In this document: positions 43,234 through 51,760 of the stretch, one piece after another | Numbering within the stretch: position 1 is the stretch's first letter | Layout: each line of letters opens with the position of its first letter | Assembly: GCA_028291405.1 (NCBI GenBank) | Contig: JAQGID010000226.1 | Coordinates: forward strand, 1,177-65,176 | Source of the DNA: Rhodospirillales bacterium | Lineage (GTDB): Bacteria; Pseudomonadota; Alphaproteobacteria; ATCC43930; CGMCC-115725 | Direction: 5' to 3' | Length of the DNA stretch: 64,000 bases | Translations under genes and position numbers: made by a program | The notes under the pieces: generated by a model | Databases searched by the model: none | What the model was told of the DNA's origin: nothing | What the model saw: the letters and a program-made list of their open reading frames with translations, nothing else

Positions 43234-43967
43234 GGCGTCGCGGGGCCCGTGCACGGGCCCTCGGTGGTCGTACACGGCAGCTCGCCGGCAAAGACCATGC
43301 TGTCCCGCGCTAGCGGCGCTCCGCCCGCCGTGCCGGGAAGCTGTGCCGTGATCTCGTAGATCTGGCCCGGTACCGCCTTTGACAGGACGAACCGGTATTG
43401 CTTGTCCTTCAGCGCCGGGAAGGCCGTCGCGACCTGGGAATCGCCGGCGAAGGGCGCAAGGGTGATCTCGGTGGCCGACAACGACTTGCCGTCGCGTTCG
43501 ACCTCGATCGTCTTGACTGCGGCCTGATCGACGAAGGCGCGCCGGATCGTATTGCGGAAGAAGGTCGCGGCGGCGCCCGTGGCGCGGCGCATCTCGTCGA
43601 CGTCGTGCTCGAGGAAGAACATCAGGATCGGATTGCCGTGGAAATCCATCAGCGGCGGATAGGCGACGTGGTGCGGCCCGCTGAGGAAATCGACCCAGAC
43701 ATCCTTGCCGCCGTCCTCGCGGGGATGCAGGTCGAGCGCGATGCGATCGTCGAAGTCGCCGTCGTCCTTGCCGCCCTGGGTCTGATGGTGAAAGCGATAT
43801 TCAAGCTGCGCCGCTTGGTGGATGTCGCGCAAATGGTCGCTCTCGAACAGGGCGATCTGCGCCGGGCTCAGCGGCCGCGTGTCTTCGTCGGCGGCTCGGG
43901 CCGGTCCAGCCCCGAGTGCGGGCAGGGAGAGGCTGACCATGATCAAAAAAGCGGCTTTGACTGTCAT
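43230..43967 (-). CDS. secreted hypothetical protein (245 aa)
   Basis: MTVKAAFLIMVSLSLPALGAGPARA signal. GGAGGAG RBS. C-terminal ..ELPCTTTEGPCTGPATP. No family recognised. Confidence 0.6.
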   Translation of the reverse strand: MTVKAAFLIMVSLSLPALGAGPARAADEDTRPLSPAQIALFESDHLRDIHQAAQLEYRFHHQTQGGKDDGDFDDRIALDLHPREDGGKDVWVDFLSGPHHVAYPPLMDFHGNPILMFFLEHDVDEMRRATGAAATFFRNTIRRAFVDQAAVKTIEVERDGKSLSATEITLAPFAGDSQVATAFPALKDKQYRFVLSKAVPGQIYEITAQLPGTAGGAPLARDSMVFAGELPCTTTEGPCTGPATP

Positions 43968-44237
43968 CCGCGCTCCTCCCCTGGGCATTTGCCCCGGCAG
44001 TTTTCGATTGATGCCAGTGTGCCAGATGTCGCCGGACCCAGCCAGACAATGAGGGGATCGCAGACTACGTCCATAGTCGTGGATGGGCCGCATTGGCCCG
44101 GCGTAACGGTTTTGTGAATAAACTTGGCCCGGAGTATGCAAGGAACCAAGTTATTCGGGAGCTTGTTGCCGGAAGCGTGTGTCACCTCATTTCTGGCAAT
44201 CCCCGAAGATGGTGTTAGGCGATTTGCGAGGGCAACG

Positions 44238-44441
44238 ATGGTCCAACTTGTGCTGACATTTTGCATGCTGGCGTGGCAGACCCATTGCACCGAGGAGCGG
44301 CCGGTGATGGAAGATATGGGCCTGACGGCTTGTATCGTCGAAGGCCAGCAAGTCGCGTCGACTTGGTTGGCGGACCATCCGAGCTGGATGCTGTCGCGCT
44401 GGCGCTGCGAGCAGAACATTCCGAAGCAAATCCCAAGCTGA
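44238..44441 (+). CDS. small Cys-containing hypothetical protein (67 aa)
   Basis: MVQLVLTFCMLAWQTHCTEERPVMEDMGLTACIVEGQQVASTWLADHPSWMLSRWRCEQ. GAGGG RBS. Lies in an AT-richer patch. The N-terminal 38 codons of the track ORF look non-coding. Confidence 0.4.
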   Translation: MVQLVLTFCMLAWQTHCTEERPVMEDMGLTACIVEGQQVASTWLADHPSWMLSRWRCEQNIPKQIPS

Positions 44442-44522
44442 CGGGTTTCTGATCGCCGCGCCCCACGAAGCGCGCGGCGAAAGCATTGTCAGCCCCGGCA
44501 TCGTCGGGCATGCTCCGGTCCG

Positions 44523-44966
44523 ATGACCGGTCAATGGCCGCTTTCCGAGGCTCTGGGACTGCGCCGCCTGCTCGAGCGAGCCGGCGCATCGTCGTATCGT
44601 GTGACCGTCTCACAGCTTGTGCTCTCGTGCAGCATCGGCATCTACGATCGCGAGCGGCTGCAACGGCAACGCGTGCAGATCGACGTCGATCTCGACGTCG
44701 TCGATCCCGGCGCCTTCATCGGCGACGAATTCGCCAAGGTCATGAACTACGAGACGATCGTCGAGGGCGCGAAGGCGATCGCCGCCGCGGGGCACATCGA
44801 ACTCGTCGAGACGCTGGCCGAGCGGGTCGCCGCGCTCTGCCTCGCGGATCCCCGCGCCGTCAGTGTTACCGTCAAGGTCCAGAAGCTCGACGTCTACCCC
44901 GAGGCGGGGGGCGTCGGCGTCGTAATCGTGCGCCGCCCGGTGCCGCGCGACGGCGGCGCGTTGTGA
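44523..44966 (+). CDS. dihydroneopterin aldolase (FolB) family protein, H4MPT-cluster type
   Basis: VSQLVLSCSIGIYDRERLQRQRVQIDVDL..NYETIVEGAK..HIELVETLAERVAA..VTVKVQKL is FolB-like. The real start may be further downstream. Confidence 0.8.
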   Translation: MTGQWPLSEALGLRRLLERAGASSYRVTVSQLVLSCSIGIYDRERLQRQRVQIDVDLDVVDPGAFIGDEFAKVMNYETIVEGAKAIAAAGHIELVETLAERVAALCLADPRAVSVTVKVQKLDVYPEAGGVGVVIVRRPVPRDGGAL

Positions 44967-44996
44967 GAGCGGCGCCGCGATGATCGGAGGGGGCTG

Positions 44997-45572
44997 ATGA
45001 TCGTCGTGAAATTCGGCGGCAGCCTCGCTGAGGACGACGCGCTGCAATCGTGGCTCGATGCGGTCGCGGACGCCGGCGGCGGCGCCGTCATCGTGCCGGG
45101 CGGCGGCGCCTTCGCCGATGCGGTGCGGGACGAGCAGCGCCGGCTCGGATTTTCCGACCGCGCTGCCCATCGCATGGCGCTGCTCGCGATGGAGCAGTAC
45201 GGCGAGGTCCTGATCGATCGCATGCCGTCGCTCCAGCCCTGCCGGACGATCGAAGAGATCCGACGTGCCGCGACCATGAGACAGGTCGCGCTCTGGCTGC
45301 CCGCCGCGACGGTCCTTGCCGATCCTGCCGTCCCGCAGAGCTGGGACGTCACCTCGGACAGTATCGCGGCATGGCTGGCGCGGCAGGTAGCGGCGCGAGC
45401 CCTCGTCCTCGTCAAATCCGCGGCGGCGGCGCGGCCGCTCGATCCGGTCGCTCTGGCGGCGCAAGGCCTGGTCGATGCGGCGTTTCCGAGCTTCGTCGAG
45501 GCGCGCGACTTCGCGCTCGAATGGGCCGGGCCGGGCGAGGAGGGGCGGCTGCGCCGCCTCCTCGCCGCGTAG
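44997..45572 (+). CDS. amino-acid-kinase (aspartate/glutamate/uridylate kinase) family protein
   Basis: MIVVKFGGSL..AVIVPGGGAFAD..SDSIAAWLA..LVLVKS is the AAK fold pattern commonly found in H4MPT gene clusters. Confidence 0.8.
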   Translation: MIVVKFGGSLAEDDALQSWLDAVADAGGGAVIVPGGGAFADAVRDEQRRLGFSDRAAHRMALLAMEQYGEVLIDRMPSLQPCRTIEEIRRAATMRQVALWLPAATVLADPAVPQSWDVTSDSIAAWLARQVAARALVLVKSAAAARPLDPVALAAQGLVDAAFPSFVEARDFALEWAGPGEEGRLRRLLAA

Positions 45573-45590
45573 CCATCGGGAGAGGGCCAC

Positions 45591-46151
45591 ATGCCGCCGA
45601 TCCCCTATGCCGGTACGCGTTCGCGCCTCGGCTGGGCGATAACCGGGTCGGGCCATTTCTTCGAAGAGTCGCTGGAGGTGATCGGCCTTCTCAAGAACGT
45701 CGATCTCTTCGTCAGCAAGGCCGCCGCCGAGGTCATCCGGATGTACAAGTCGCGGCTGCCGGAGGGGATGCGCGTCTACCGCGACACGACAGCCGCATCG
45801 GCGCCCGTCGGGCTGTTCTACGAAGGGGTCTACCATACGCTGGTCATCGCGCCGGCGACCTCGAACACCGTCGCCAAGTTCGTCTTCGGGATCTCCGACA
45901 ACCTCGTGACGAACGTCTTCGCCCAGGCCGGGAAATGCCGCGTCCCGATCATCGTCTTCGCCTGCGACACCGCGCCGGAGCTCGAGACCAGGGCGCCGGG
46001 CGGCATCGTCAAGGTCTGGCCCCGCCGCATCGACCTCGAGAACGTCGAGCGCCTGAAAGGCTTCGAGGACACCACCGTCGTCGAGTCCCTCGACGGGCTG
46101 GTCGCGGCAATCGACGAACGGATGCGATGGCTGGAAACATCCTTTTCCTGA
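45591..46151 (+). CDS. flavoprotein (PF02441/AfpA-like)
   Basis: LGWAITGSGH..LVIAPATSNTVAKFVFGISDNLVTN..IIVFACD is the flavin-binding Rossmann-like pattern. Confidence 0.8.
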   Translation: MPPIPYAGTRSRLGWAITGSGHFFEESLEVIGLLKNVDLFVSKAAAEVIRMYKSRLPEGMRVYRDTTAASAPVGLFYEGVYHTLVIAPATSNTVAKFVFGISDNLVTNVFAQAGKCRVPIIVFACDTAPELETRAPGGIVKVWPRRIDLENVERLKGFEDTTVVESLDGLVAAIDERMRWLETSFS

Positions 46152-47542
46152 CCGGCCACCTCGCCGAGCCGCGGCTCCGCAAGGTGCTGTCGGACATGGC
46201 GCCGACGGAGTTCGCCTGGGAGGTCCGCGACATCGGCATCCAGGTAGCGGCGCTGATGACGACCGATCTCATACGGCGGCGCTTGCCGTCCGAGGCCCGG
46301 CAGGCCGATCGGATCGTCGTGCCAGGATATTGCGCCGGCGATCTCGCCAAGCTGTCGGGCGAGCTCGGCGTGGCGATCGAGCGCGGTCCCGAGGACGTCC
46401 ACGATCTGCCGGGGCATTTCGGACGGCAGCGCGTCGGTGGCGATCTGACGCAGCACGATGTCCGCATTTTCGCCGAGATCACCGACGCGCCGCATTTGAC
46501 CGTCGCCGCGATCGTCGCCAAAGGCCTGGAATATGCAGGGGACGGCGCTGACGTCATCGATCTCGGCTGCCTGCCGGCAACCAAGTTCCCGCATCTCGAG
46601 GACAGCGTCGCGGCGCTGCATGCGGCGGGGCTCGCGGTCAGCGTCGATTCCGCCGACCCCGACGAGCTGCGACGCGGCGGCAAGGCCGGCGCCGATTACG
46701 TCTTCAGCCTGACCGAGGCGACGCTCGGTCTCGCCGCCGAGATGAGCGCGGTGCCGGTCATCATCCCGGCGGCGCCGGGGAATCTCGACTCGCTGTGCAA
46801 CGCCGCCGCGGCGCTGGCGGCGAGCGGTCGTCCGTGCATTCTCGACCCGATCCTCGATCCGATCCCCTTCGGCACGGCGGCGTCGTTCTGGCGCTACGCC
46901 GAGCTGCGCCGCCGCCTGCCGGATGCGCGCATTCTGATGGGCATCGGCAATCTGACGGAGCTCACCGAGGCCGACACGGCGGGGCTCAACGCGATCCTCT
47001 TCGGCATCATCGCCGAGCTCGGCATCACTGACGTGCTCGCCGTTCAGAAGAGCCCGCATTGCCGGACCGCGATCCGCGAGGCCGATCATGCGCGACGGAT
47101 CATGCATGCGGCGAAACAGCTCGGCCGTTTACCGGTCGGGATCGACCCCGGGCTCGCCTGCCTGCGCGACCGGCGGCCCTTCGCCTCGACGCCGCAGGAG
47201 ATCGCCGAGACGGCGAGCGCAATCCGCGATCGCAACTATCGGATCGAGGTCGCGGCGGACGGCATCCACGTCTACAACCGCGACGGCCACCATGTCGGGC
47301 CGGATGCCGATGCGCTGTTTCCGAAACTCGATATCGCCGACGACCCGGCGCATGCCTTCTACCTCGGGGGGGAGCTCGCCAAGGCGCAGATCGCCTTCGA
47401 CCTCGGCAAGCGCTACGTCCAGGACGAGGCATTGCAGTGGGGTGTCGCGGTGCGCGAGGCGGCGCGGGATCATTCGCGGCATCAGCCGGAAGGCGCGACG
47501 CTGCAGCGCCGGCGGCGCGGTCGGGGCGAGACGCCGGAATGA
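46127..47542 (+). CDS. dihydropteroate-synthase-like (pterin-binding) protein of H4MPT biosynthesis
   Basis: ILFLTGHLAEPRL.., central GADVIDLGCLP..VSVDSADPDE..ILMGIGNLTELTEAD (pterin-binding TIM barrel), and a C-terminal DUF4346-like tail. Start overlaps the flavoprotein 3' end by 25 nt. Confidence 0.8.
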   Translation: MAGNILFLTGHLAEPRLRKVLSDMAPTEFAWEVRDIGIQVAALMTTDLIRRRLPSEARQADRIVVPGYCAGDLAKLSGELGVAIERGPEDVHDLPGHFGRQRVGGDLTQHDVRIFAEITDAPHLTVAAIVAKGLEYAGDGADVIDLGCLPATKFPHLEDSVAALHAAGLAVSVDSADPDELRRGGKAGADYVFSLTEATLGLAAEMSAVPVIIPAAPGNLDSLCNAAAALAASGRPCILDPILDPIPFGTAASFWRYAELRRRLPDARILMGIGNLTELTEADTAGLNAILFGIIAELGITDVLAVQKSPHCRTAIREADHARRIMHAAKQLGRLPVGIDPGLACLRDRRPFASTPQEIAETASAIRDRNYRIEVAADGIHVYNRDGHHVGPDADALFPKLDIADDPAHAFYLGGELAKAQIAFDLGKRYVQDEALQWGVAVREAARDHSRHQPEGATLQRRRRGRGETPE

Positions 47543-48126
47543 TCCGCGAGAGCATCATCACGACGCTGGCGCCGTCCGGCGAGGTCCACATCGCGCCGAT
47601 GGGCGTCATCTGGCAGGGCGAGGTCGCGACCCTGGCGCCGTTCCGCCCGTCGCAGACGTTGGACAATCTGATCGCGTCGCCGGTCGCGGTGATCAACCAC
47701 ACCGACGACGTCCGGGTCTTCGCCGGCTGCCTGACGGGGCGGCGCGACTTTCCTGTCCGTCCGGCTGACCGCATCTGCGGCGCGGTGCTGGTCGGCGCCT
47801 TGTCGCACCAGGAGATTTCGGTCGAGAGCGTCGAGGAGGATGCGCAGCGGCCGCGCTTCCGCTGCCGTGTCGTGCACGAGGTGGCGCATGCGCCGTTCCG
47901 TGGCTTCAACCGGGCGCAGGCCGCTGTCATCGAGGCAGCGATCCTGGTGAGCCGGCTGGAGCTGCTGCCGTTCGAGAAGATCGAGCGCGAGATGGCGTAT
48001 CTCGCGATCGCGGTCGGCAAGACGGCGGGGCCGATCGAGCAGGAGGCGTGGTCGTGGCTGGCGGCGCGGGTCGACGAGTTCCGCGATCGAGCGCAAGCTG
48101 CCGGACCAGAGGAGGAAGCGCCATGA
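47539..48126 (+). CDS. DUF447 family protein (H4MPT-cluster associated)
   Basis: MIRESIITTLAPSGEVHIAPMGV..LAPFRPSQTLDNL..RGFNRAQAAVIEAAILVSR. ATGA overlap with the upstream gene. Confidence 0.75.
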   Translation: MIRESIITTLAPSGEVHIAPMGVIWQGEVATLAPFRPSQTLDNLIASPVAVINHTDDVRVFAGCLTGRRDFPVRPADRICGAVLVGALSHQEISVESVEEDAQRPRFRCRVVHEVAHAPFRGFNRAQAAVIEAAILVSRLELLPFEKIEREMAYLAIAVGKTAGPIEQEAWSWLAARVDEFRDRAQAAGPEEEAP

Positions 48127-48899
48127 CAGGATTTCTCGCAAGCGTGCGCTCGGCCGACGAGGCGCTGGTGGCGCTCTCCGGCGGCGCCGATATTATCGAT
48201 GCCAAGGAGCCCGCGGCCGGCGCTCTCGGCCGTGTCGCGCCGGATGCGTTGCGGGCGATCGTCGCGGCGGTCGGAAGCCGCTGCCCGGTCAGCGCGACGA
48301 TCGGCGATCTCGAGCTGGACCCGAAAGCGGTGCTCGCCGCCGCCGAGGCGACCGCCGCGGCGGGAGCTGGGATCGTCAAGATCGGGATCTTTCCGGGCGC
48401 CTTCGCCGAGACGATCGCGGTGCTGCGTGAGGCGGCAGCGCGGGGTATGCGCTTGGTCGCGGTCTTGTTCGCCGACCGCTCGCCCGATCTCAGTGCCATC
48501 GTGGGGGCGTGCGGCGACGCCGGGTTTTTCGGCGTGATGCTCGACACGGCGGACAAGGGATCCGGGCCGCTGACGGCGCATCTCGATCCCGATGGTCTCG
48601 CCGGCTTCGTCCGGCTGGCGCGCGACCACGGGTTGATCACTGGCCTCGCGGGGTCGCTGCGGCGCGCGGATGTCGCGGCGCTGGCGCCACTCGGCGCCGA
48701 TTATCTCGGGTTCCGCTCGGCGCTCACCGTCGGCGAACGGGCGGGGCGGCTCGATCCGGCGGCGATCGCCGGCGTGCGCCAAGCGATCGATCACGCATCC
48801 CGCAGCAGCAGGGCGACGGCGACCGCCGGCGCGATGTCGACCGCGAGCGACGCCACGCCGGGATCGGCGAGGCTCAGCGTCGCGTCGAACCCGCGATAG
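48123..48899 (+). CDS. mfnB: (5-formylfuran-3-yl)methyl phosphate synthase-like protein (MfnB/DUF556)
   Basis: FLASVRSADEALVALSGGADIIDAKEP..GALG..KIGIF..GVMLDTADKGSG.L..GLAGSL is the class I aldolase-like MfnB pattern. ATGA overlap upstream. The low-complexity tail overlaps the convergent gene. Confidence 0.75.
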   Translation: MTGFLASVRSADEALVALSGGADIIDAKEPAAGALGRVAPDALRAIVAAVGSRCPVSATIGDLELDPKAVLAAAEATAAAGAGIVKIGIFPGAFAETIAVLREAAARGMRLVAVLFADRSPDLSAIVGACGDAGFFGVMLDTADKGSGPLTAHLDPDGLAGFVRLARDHGLITGLAGSLRRADVAALAPLGADYLGFRSALTVGERAGRLDPAAIAGVRQAIDHASRSSRATATAGAMSTASDATPGSARLSVASNPR

Positions 48900-49825
48900 G
48901 GGCGTCCCAGCCGGCGGGCGATCTCGGCGGCGATGAAGCGCCCGACGCCGGCGCCGACGACCGGCGCGTCGGGCGGCAGATCGGCCCGAGAGAGAACGAG
49001 GTCGACCGCTTCCTCGATCTGATTGAGCTGCAGGCGCAGGAAAGACGCGGCGACGCCCCGCCATGCTTCATCGGACGCCGCCGCGGCATCCCTACCAACC
49101 ATACGGGCGATGCGAGCGCGGCTCTCGGCCAGCGTCTTGCCGCGGTTGTCGGCAGCCGGATGGAGGTCGGCGCCGTCGGGCAGCGTCCCCGCCAGCCGAT
49201 GGGCGTCGGCGGCGGTCGCGAAGAACTCGGCCATGACGGCGGTCGAGCGCCCGGCGAAGGGGATGCGGCGCGCCATCGCCGCCAGCGGCGTGCGCGCGAT
49301 GCCGGTATAGACGAGTTCGCCGGTCGCCAGGCGCTCGGCGTCGCTATGGCCGCGCGCCGCGACGCCGGCGCGGCGCAGCGGCACGATATCCGTCGTCGTG
49401 CTGCCGATGTCGATCAGGAGACCGTCGGTGACGCGGCGCGCGACATGCAGGGCGGTCGCATGCCAATTCGCCGAGGCGACGCAGTTGGGCTGGGTGCGGG
49501 CGTCGTCGGCCGAGAGTGTCTCGCCGCCGACGCCGTAGACCGCGATGCGCTCGACAGGGATGAGTTCGCTCAGGAGGTCGAGGATGGCGGCGACGCCGGT
49601 CGGCCGGTCGGCGAAGGCATCGGTCAGCTCGCCGGTCATGGTGACCGCGTGGCGCATTGCTACCGGCAGGCCGTCGAGCGCGAGGGTTATCGACTGCCGC
49701 AGCTCAGCGATACCGCGCCAAGTGGCGCAAGGCAGCAACTTGGCGGCCACGACGATGCCGTCCTCGACGACCGCAAGTTTGAGATGCGCGCCGCCGATGT
49801 CCCAGCCGAAGATGCGATCGATCAT
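48791..49825 (-). CDS. hydantoinase-A/ASKHA-fold protein (H4MPT-linked C1 transfer pathway protein)
   Basis: FGWDIGGAHLK..TMTGELTD..LIDIGSTTTDIVP..GELVYTG shows ASKHA ATPase phosphate motifs. Confidence 0.8.
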   Translation of the reverse strand: MIDRIFGWDIGGAHLKLAVVEDGIVVAAKLLPCATWRGIAELRQSITLALDGLPVAMRHAVTMTGELTDAFADRPTGVAAILDLLSELIPVERIAVYGVGGETLSADDARTQPNCVASANWHATALHVARRVTDGLLIDIGSTTTDIVPLRRAGVAARGHSDAERLATGELVYTGIARTPLAAMARRIPFAGRSTAVMAEFFATAADAHRLAGTLPDGADLHPAADNRGKTLAESRARIARMVGRDAAAASDEAWRGVAASFLRLQLNQIEEAVDLVLSRADLPPDAPVVGAGVGRFIAAEIARRLGRPYRGFDATLSLADPGVASLAVDIAPAVAVALLLRDA

Positions 49826-50880
49826 CAGGGTTCCACCGTGACGCGCACCGGCCGGGGCGCAAGGGGGGTCATCAGCGACGACAGCGGTCGGTCGATCAGC
49901 TGCAGCACGAGTTCGCCCGGGTTCATCCCGATGCTCTCGCGCAAGCCGAGGTAGGAGGTCGTCAGCCGCGGATTGACCTCGAGGACGATCGGGCCGTCCT
50001 CGGAAACGACGAGGTCGATTCCGACATAGCCCCAGAGCGACGGCAGGGCGGCGGCAATCGCCTCAGCGACGGGTTCCAGCACTGGACGAAGATCCTCGGC
50101 GCCGCCGACAATGCCGCCGTGATACGCGAAGCCGGTTTCGCAGCGGCGGATATCCTGGATGTTGCAGGCGAGCAGCCATGCGCTGCCGTGCTGGGCGAGG
50201 ATCGACAGGCTGATCGGCATTCCCGGCACGAAGGGCTGGACGACCATCTCCCCGGTCGTTTCGTTCGCAGCGCGCCAGTGCCCCACCTCGTCCGGAGTGG
50301 CCATGAAGCGCGCGCCGTCACAGGCGACGCCGTCGTCCGGCTTGACGACCCAGCCGTGGCGCGACGGCGGCAGCTCGGCATCGGGCGTGCCGCGTCGCGT
50401 CGGGACCGCGGCGATGTCGCAGCGCTCGAGCAAATCGACGGTCGCACGTTTGCTCGCGGCGACAGCGACCGCGGCGGCCGGGCAGGCGAGTGCGGTGCGG
50501 CCGGTCGCCTCGACCCAGGTTGCGACCTCGCCGAGAACGCCGTCGCTCTCGGGGGCGATCGCCCAGATCGCATCGACGTCGCCGGCGATCTCGTCCCAAC
50601 GCGCCCGCGCGTCGGCGACGACGCGATGGCAGCGCACGGTGGCGGGCAGCGGCAACTCGACCGCAGTCGCGTCGAGCGCGACGTGCACGCGCGCTCCAGC
50701 AACCTCGGCGAGATCGGAAACGAGCCGGCACAGCATCGCGCTGCCCTCGGCGCGGCAATTGGCGAGCCATGGTCTTTCCAGCAAACCGCCGGACGTTGCA
50801 TACTCGATGACCAGGATCCGCAAGCCGGTCGATGTCGAGACGATGTCAGAGTTCACCATCATTCCCGTCCTCGATCTCAA
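49825..50880 (-). CDS. ATP-grasp domain protein (possibly MfnD-like ligase)
   Basis: RILVIEYATSGG..SKRATVDLLE..WVVKPDDGVACDG..VVQPFVPG..IDLVVSEDGPIVLEVNPR. Start uncertain between 50823 (TTG, giving MRILVIEY) and 50880. Confidence 0.7.
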   Translation of the reverse strand: MRSRTGMMVNSDIVSTSTGLRILVIEYATSGGLLERPWLANCRAEGSAMLCRLVSDLAEVAGARVHVALDATAVELPLPATVRCHRVVADARARWDEIAGDVDAIWAIAPESDGVLGEVATWVEATGRTALACPAAAVAVAASKRATVDLLERCDIAAVPTRRGTPDAELPPSRHGWVVKPDDGVACDGARFMATPDEVGHWRAANETTGEMVVQPFVPGMPISLSILAQHGSAWLLACNIQDIRRCETGFAYHGGIVGGAEDLRPVLEPVAEAIAAALPSLWGYVGIDLVVSEDGPIVLEVNPRLTTSYLGLRESIGMNPGELVLQLIDRPLSSLMTPLAPRPVRVTVEP

Positions 50881-51556
50881 GCACGGACACGTCGTGCGGG
50901 CACGCGCCGGCGATCGCGCGAATTACTTTCCAATCGTGACGCCGCTCGCCGCGGGCAGCTTGCCGCACGAGGTCCTGGCGGGGCTGCTGTCCGTGGCGCC
51001 GTTCCGTTCGCTCTACATTGCGGATCTCGATGCGATCACTGGCGAAGGCGACCACCGCGCGGCTCTCGGTCTGCTGGCGCGTGAGGCGCCGCAGCTCGAG
51101 ATCTGGGTCGACGGCGGCTATGCGACGACGGAAGCGCCGGGCCACATGGGGCTGCGCGGTATCGTGCCGGTCTTCGGCAGCGAGACGCTGCGCGACGCCG
51201 ACCAACTGCTGGCCGCCGGTGCGACCTTCGGCGAGACCGGCTTCGTCCTGTCGCTGGATTACCGCGGTGGTCGCTTCATGGGGCCGGCCGAGGTCGAGCA
51301 AAGCGTCGAGCTCTGGCCGAACCGGGTCATCCTGATGACGCTCGATCGCGTCGGTGCCGACCTCGGGCCGGATATCGATGCGCTCGTTGCGCTGAAGCGC
51401 CGCGCGGGATCGCGCGCGATCTTCGCCGCCGGCGGGGTGCGGGGCGAGGACGATCTCGCCGCGCTCGTCGCGAACGGGATTTCCGGCGCCCTCGTAGCGA
51501 CGGCGCTGCATGATGGTCGGCTGCCGGGAGAGGTCGTGACGCACTATCTGGCATGA
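50843..51556 (+). CDS. HisA/HisF family TIM-barrel protein (H4MPT-cluster type)
   Basis: IIPVLDLKHGHVVRA..LYIADLDAI..MTLDRVG..AGGVRGEDDL. Confidence 0.8.
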   Translation: MSEFTIIPVLDLKHGHVVRARAGDRANYFPIVTPLAAGSLPHEVLAGLLSVAPFRSLYIADLDAITGEGDHRAALGLLAREAPQLEIWVDGGYATTEAPGHMGLRGIVPVFGSETLRDADQLLAAGATFGETGFVLSLDYRGGRFMGPAEVEQSVELWPNRVILMTLDRVGADLGPDIDALVALKRRAGSRAIFAAGGVRGEDDLAALVANGISGALVATALHDGRLPGEVVTHYLA

Positions 51557-51760
51557 CCGGAATGTTTGCACAAAAATTCGGCACGGCGAAACCCGTGCCT
51601 GTAAGAACAGGCGAATTACAGGTGAACGGGACTCGATAGACGTCCTCGAAGGCGGCCAAGATCGCGCGTACTGCCCCGTAAGAGCGTTCGAATCACCGTA
51701 ATTTCGACCGACACCAAACACCATGGAACACCTCGCCGGCGGAATATATCCAAAAAGATA

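Noticed and set aside
45050-47542. 830-aa ORF in the track that looks like one giant gene.
   Set aside because: Its first ~360 codons are Arg/Gly/Ala-rich and out of frame with the recognisable kinase-fold and flavoprotein genes. Only the part from the ATG at 46127 (DHPS-like) is credible. This is a typical high-GC open-frame artefact.
47100-49064. Long antisense ORFs: 47100..49064(-), 61838..63649(-), 53100..55124(+), 39912..41597(-), 59113..60828(-), 24236..25300(+), 317..1345(-) and others.
   Set aside because: All are Arg/Pro/Ala/Gly-rich low-complexity translations lying opposite to, or out of frame with, genes that have clear family signatures. They carry no motifs of their own.
51686-51694. 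T-loop-like GTTCGAATC, suggesting a tRNA.
   Set aside because: The flanking bases do not form a T-stem, acceptor stem or anticodon arm, so no cloverleaf could be drawn.
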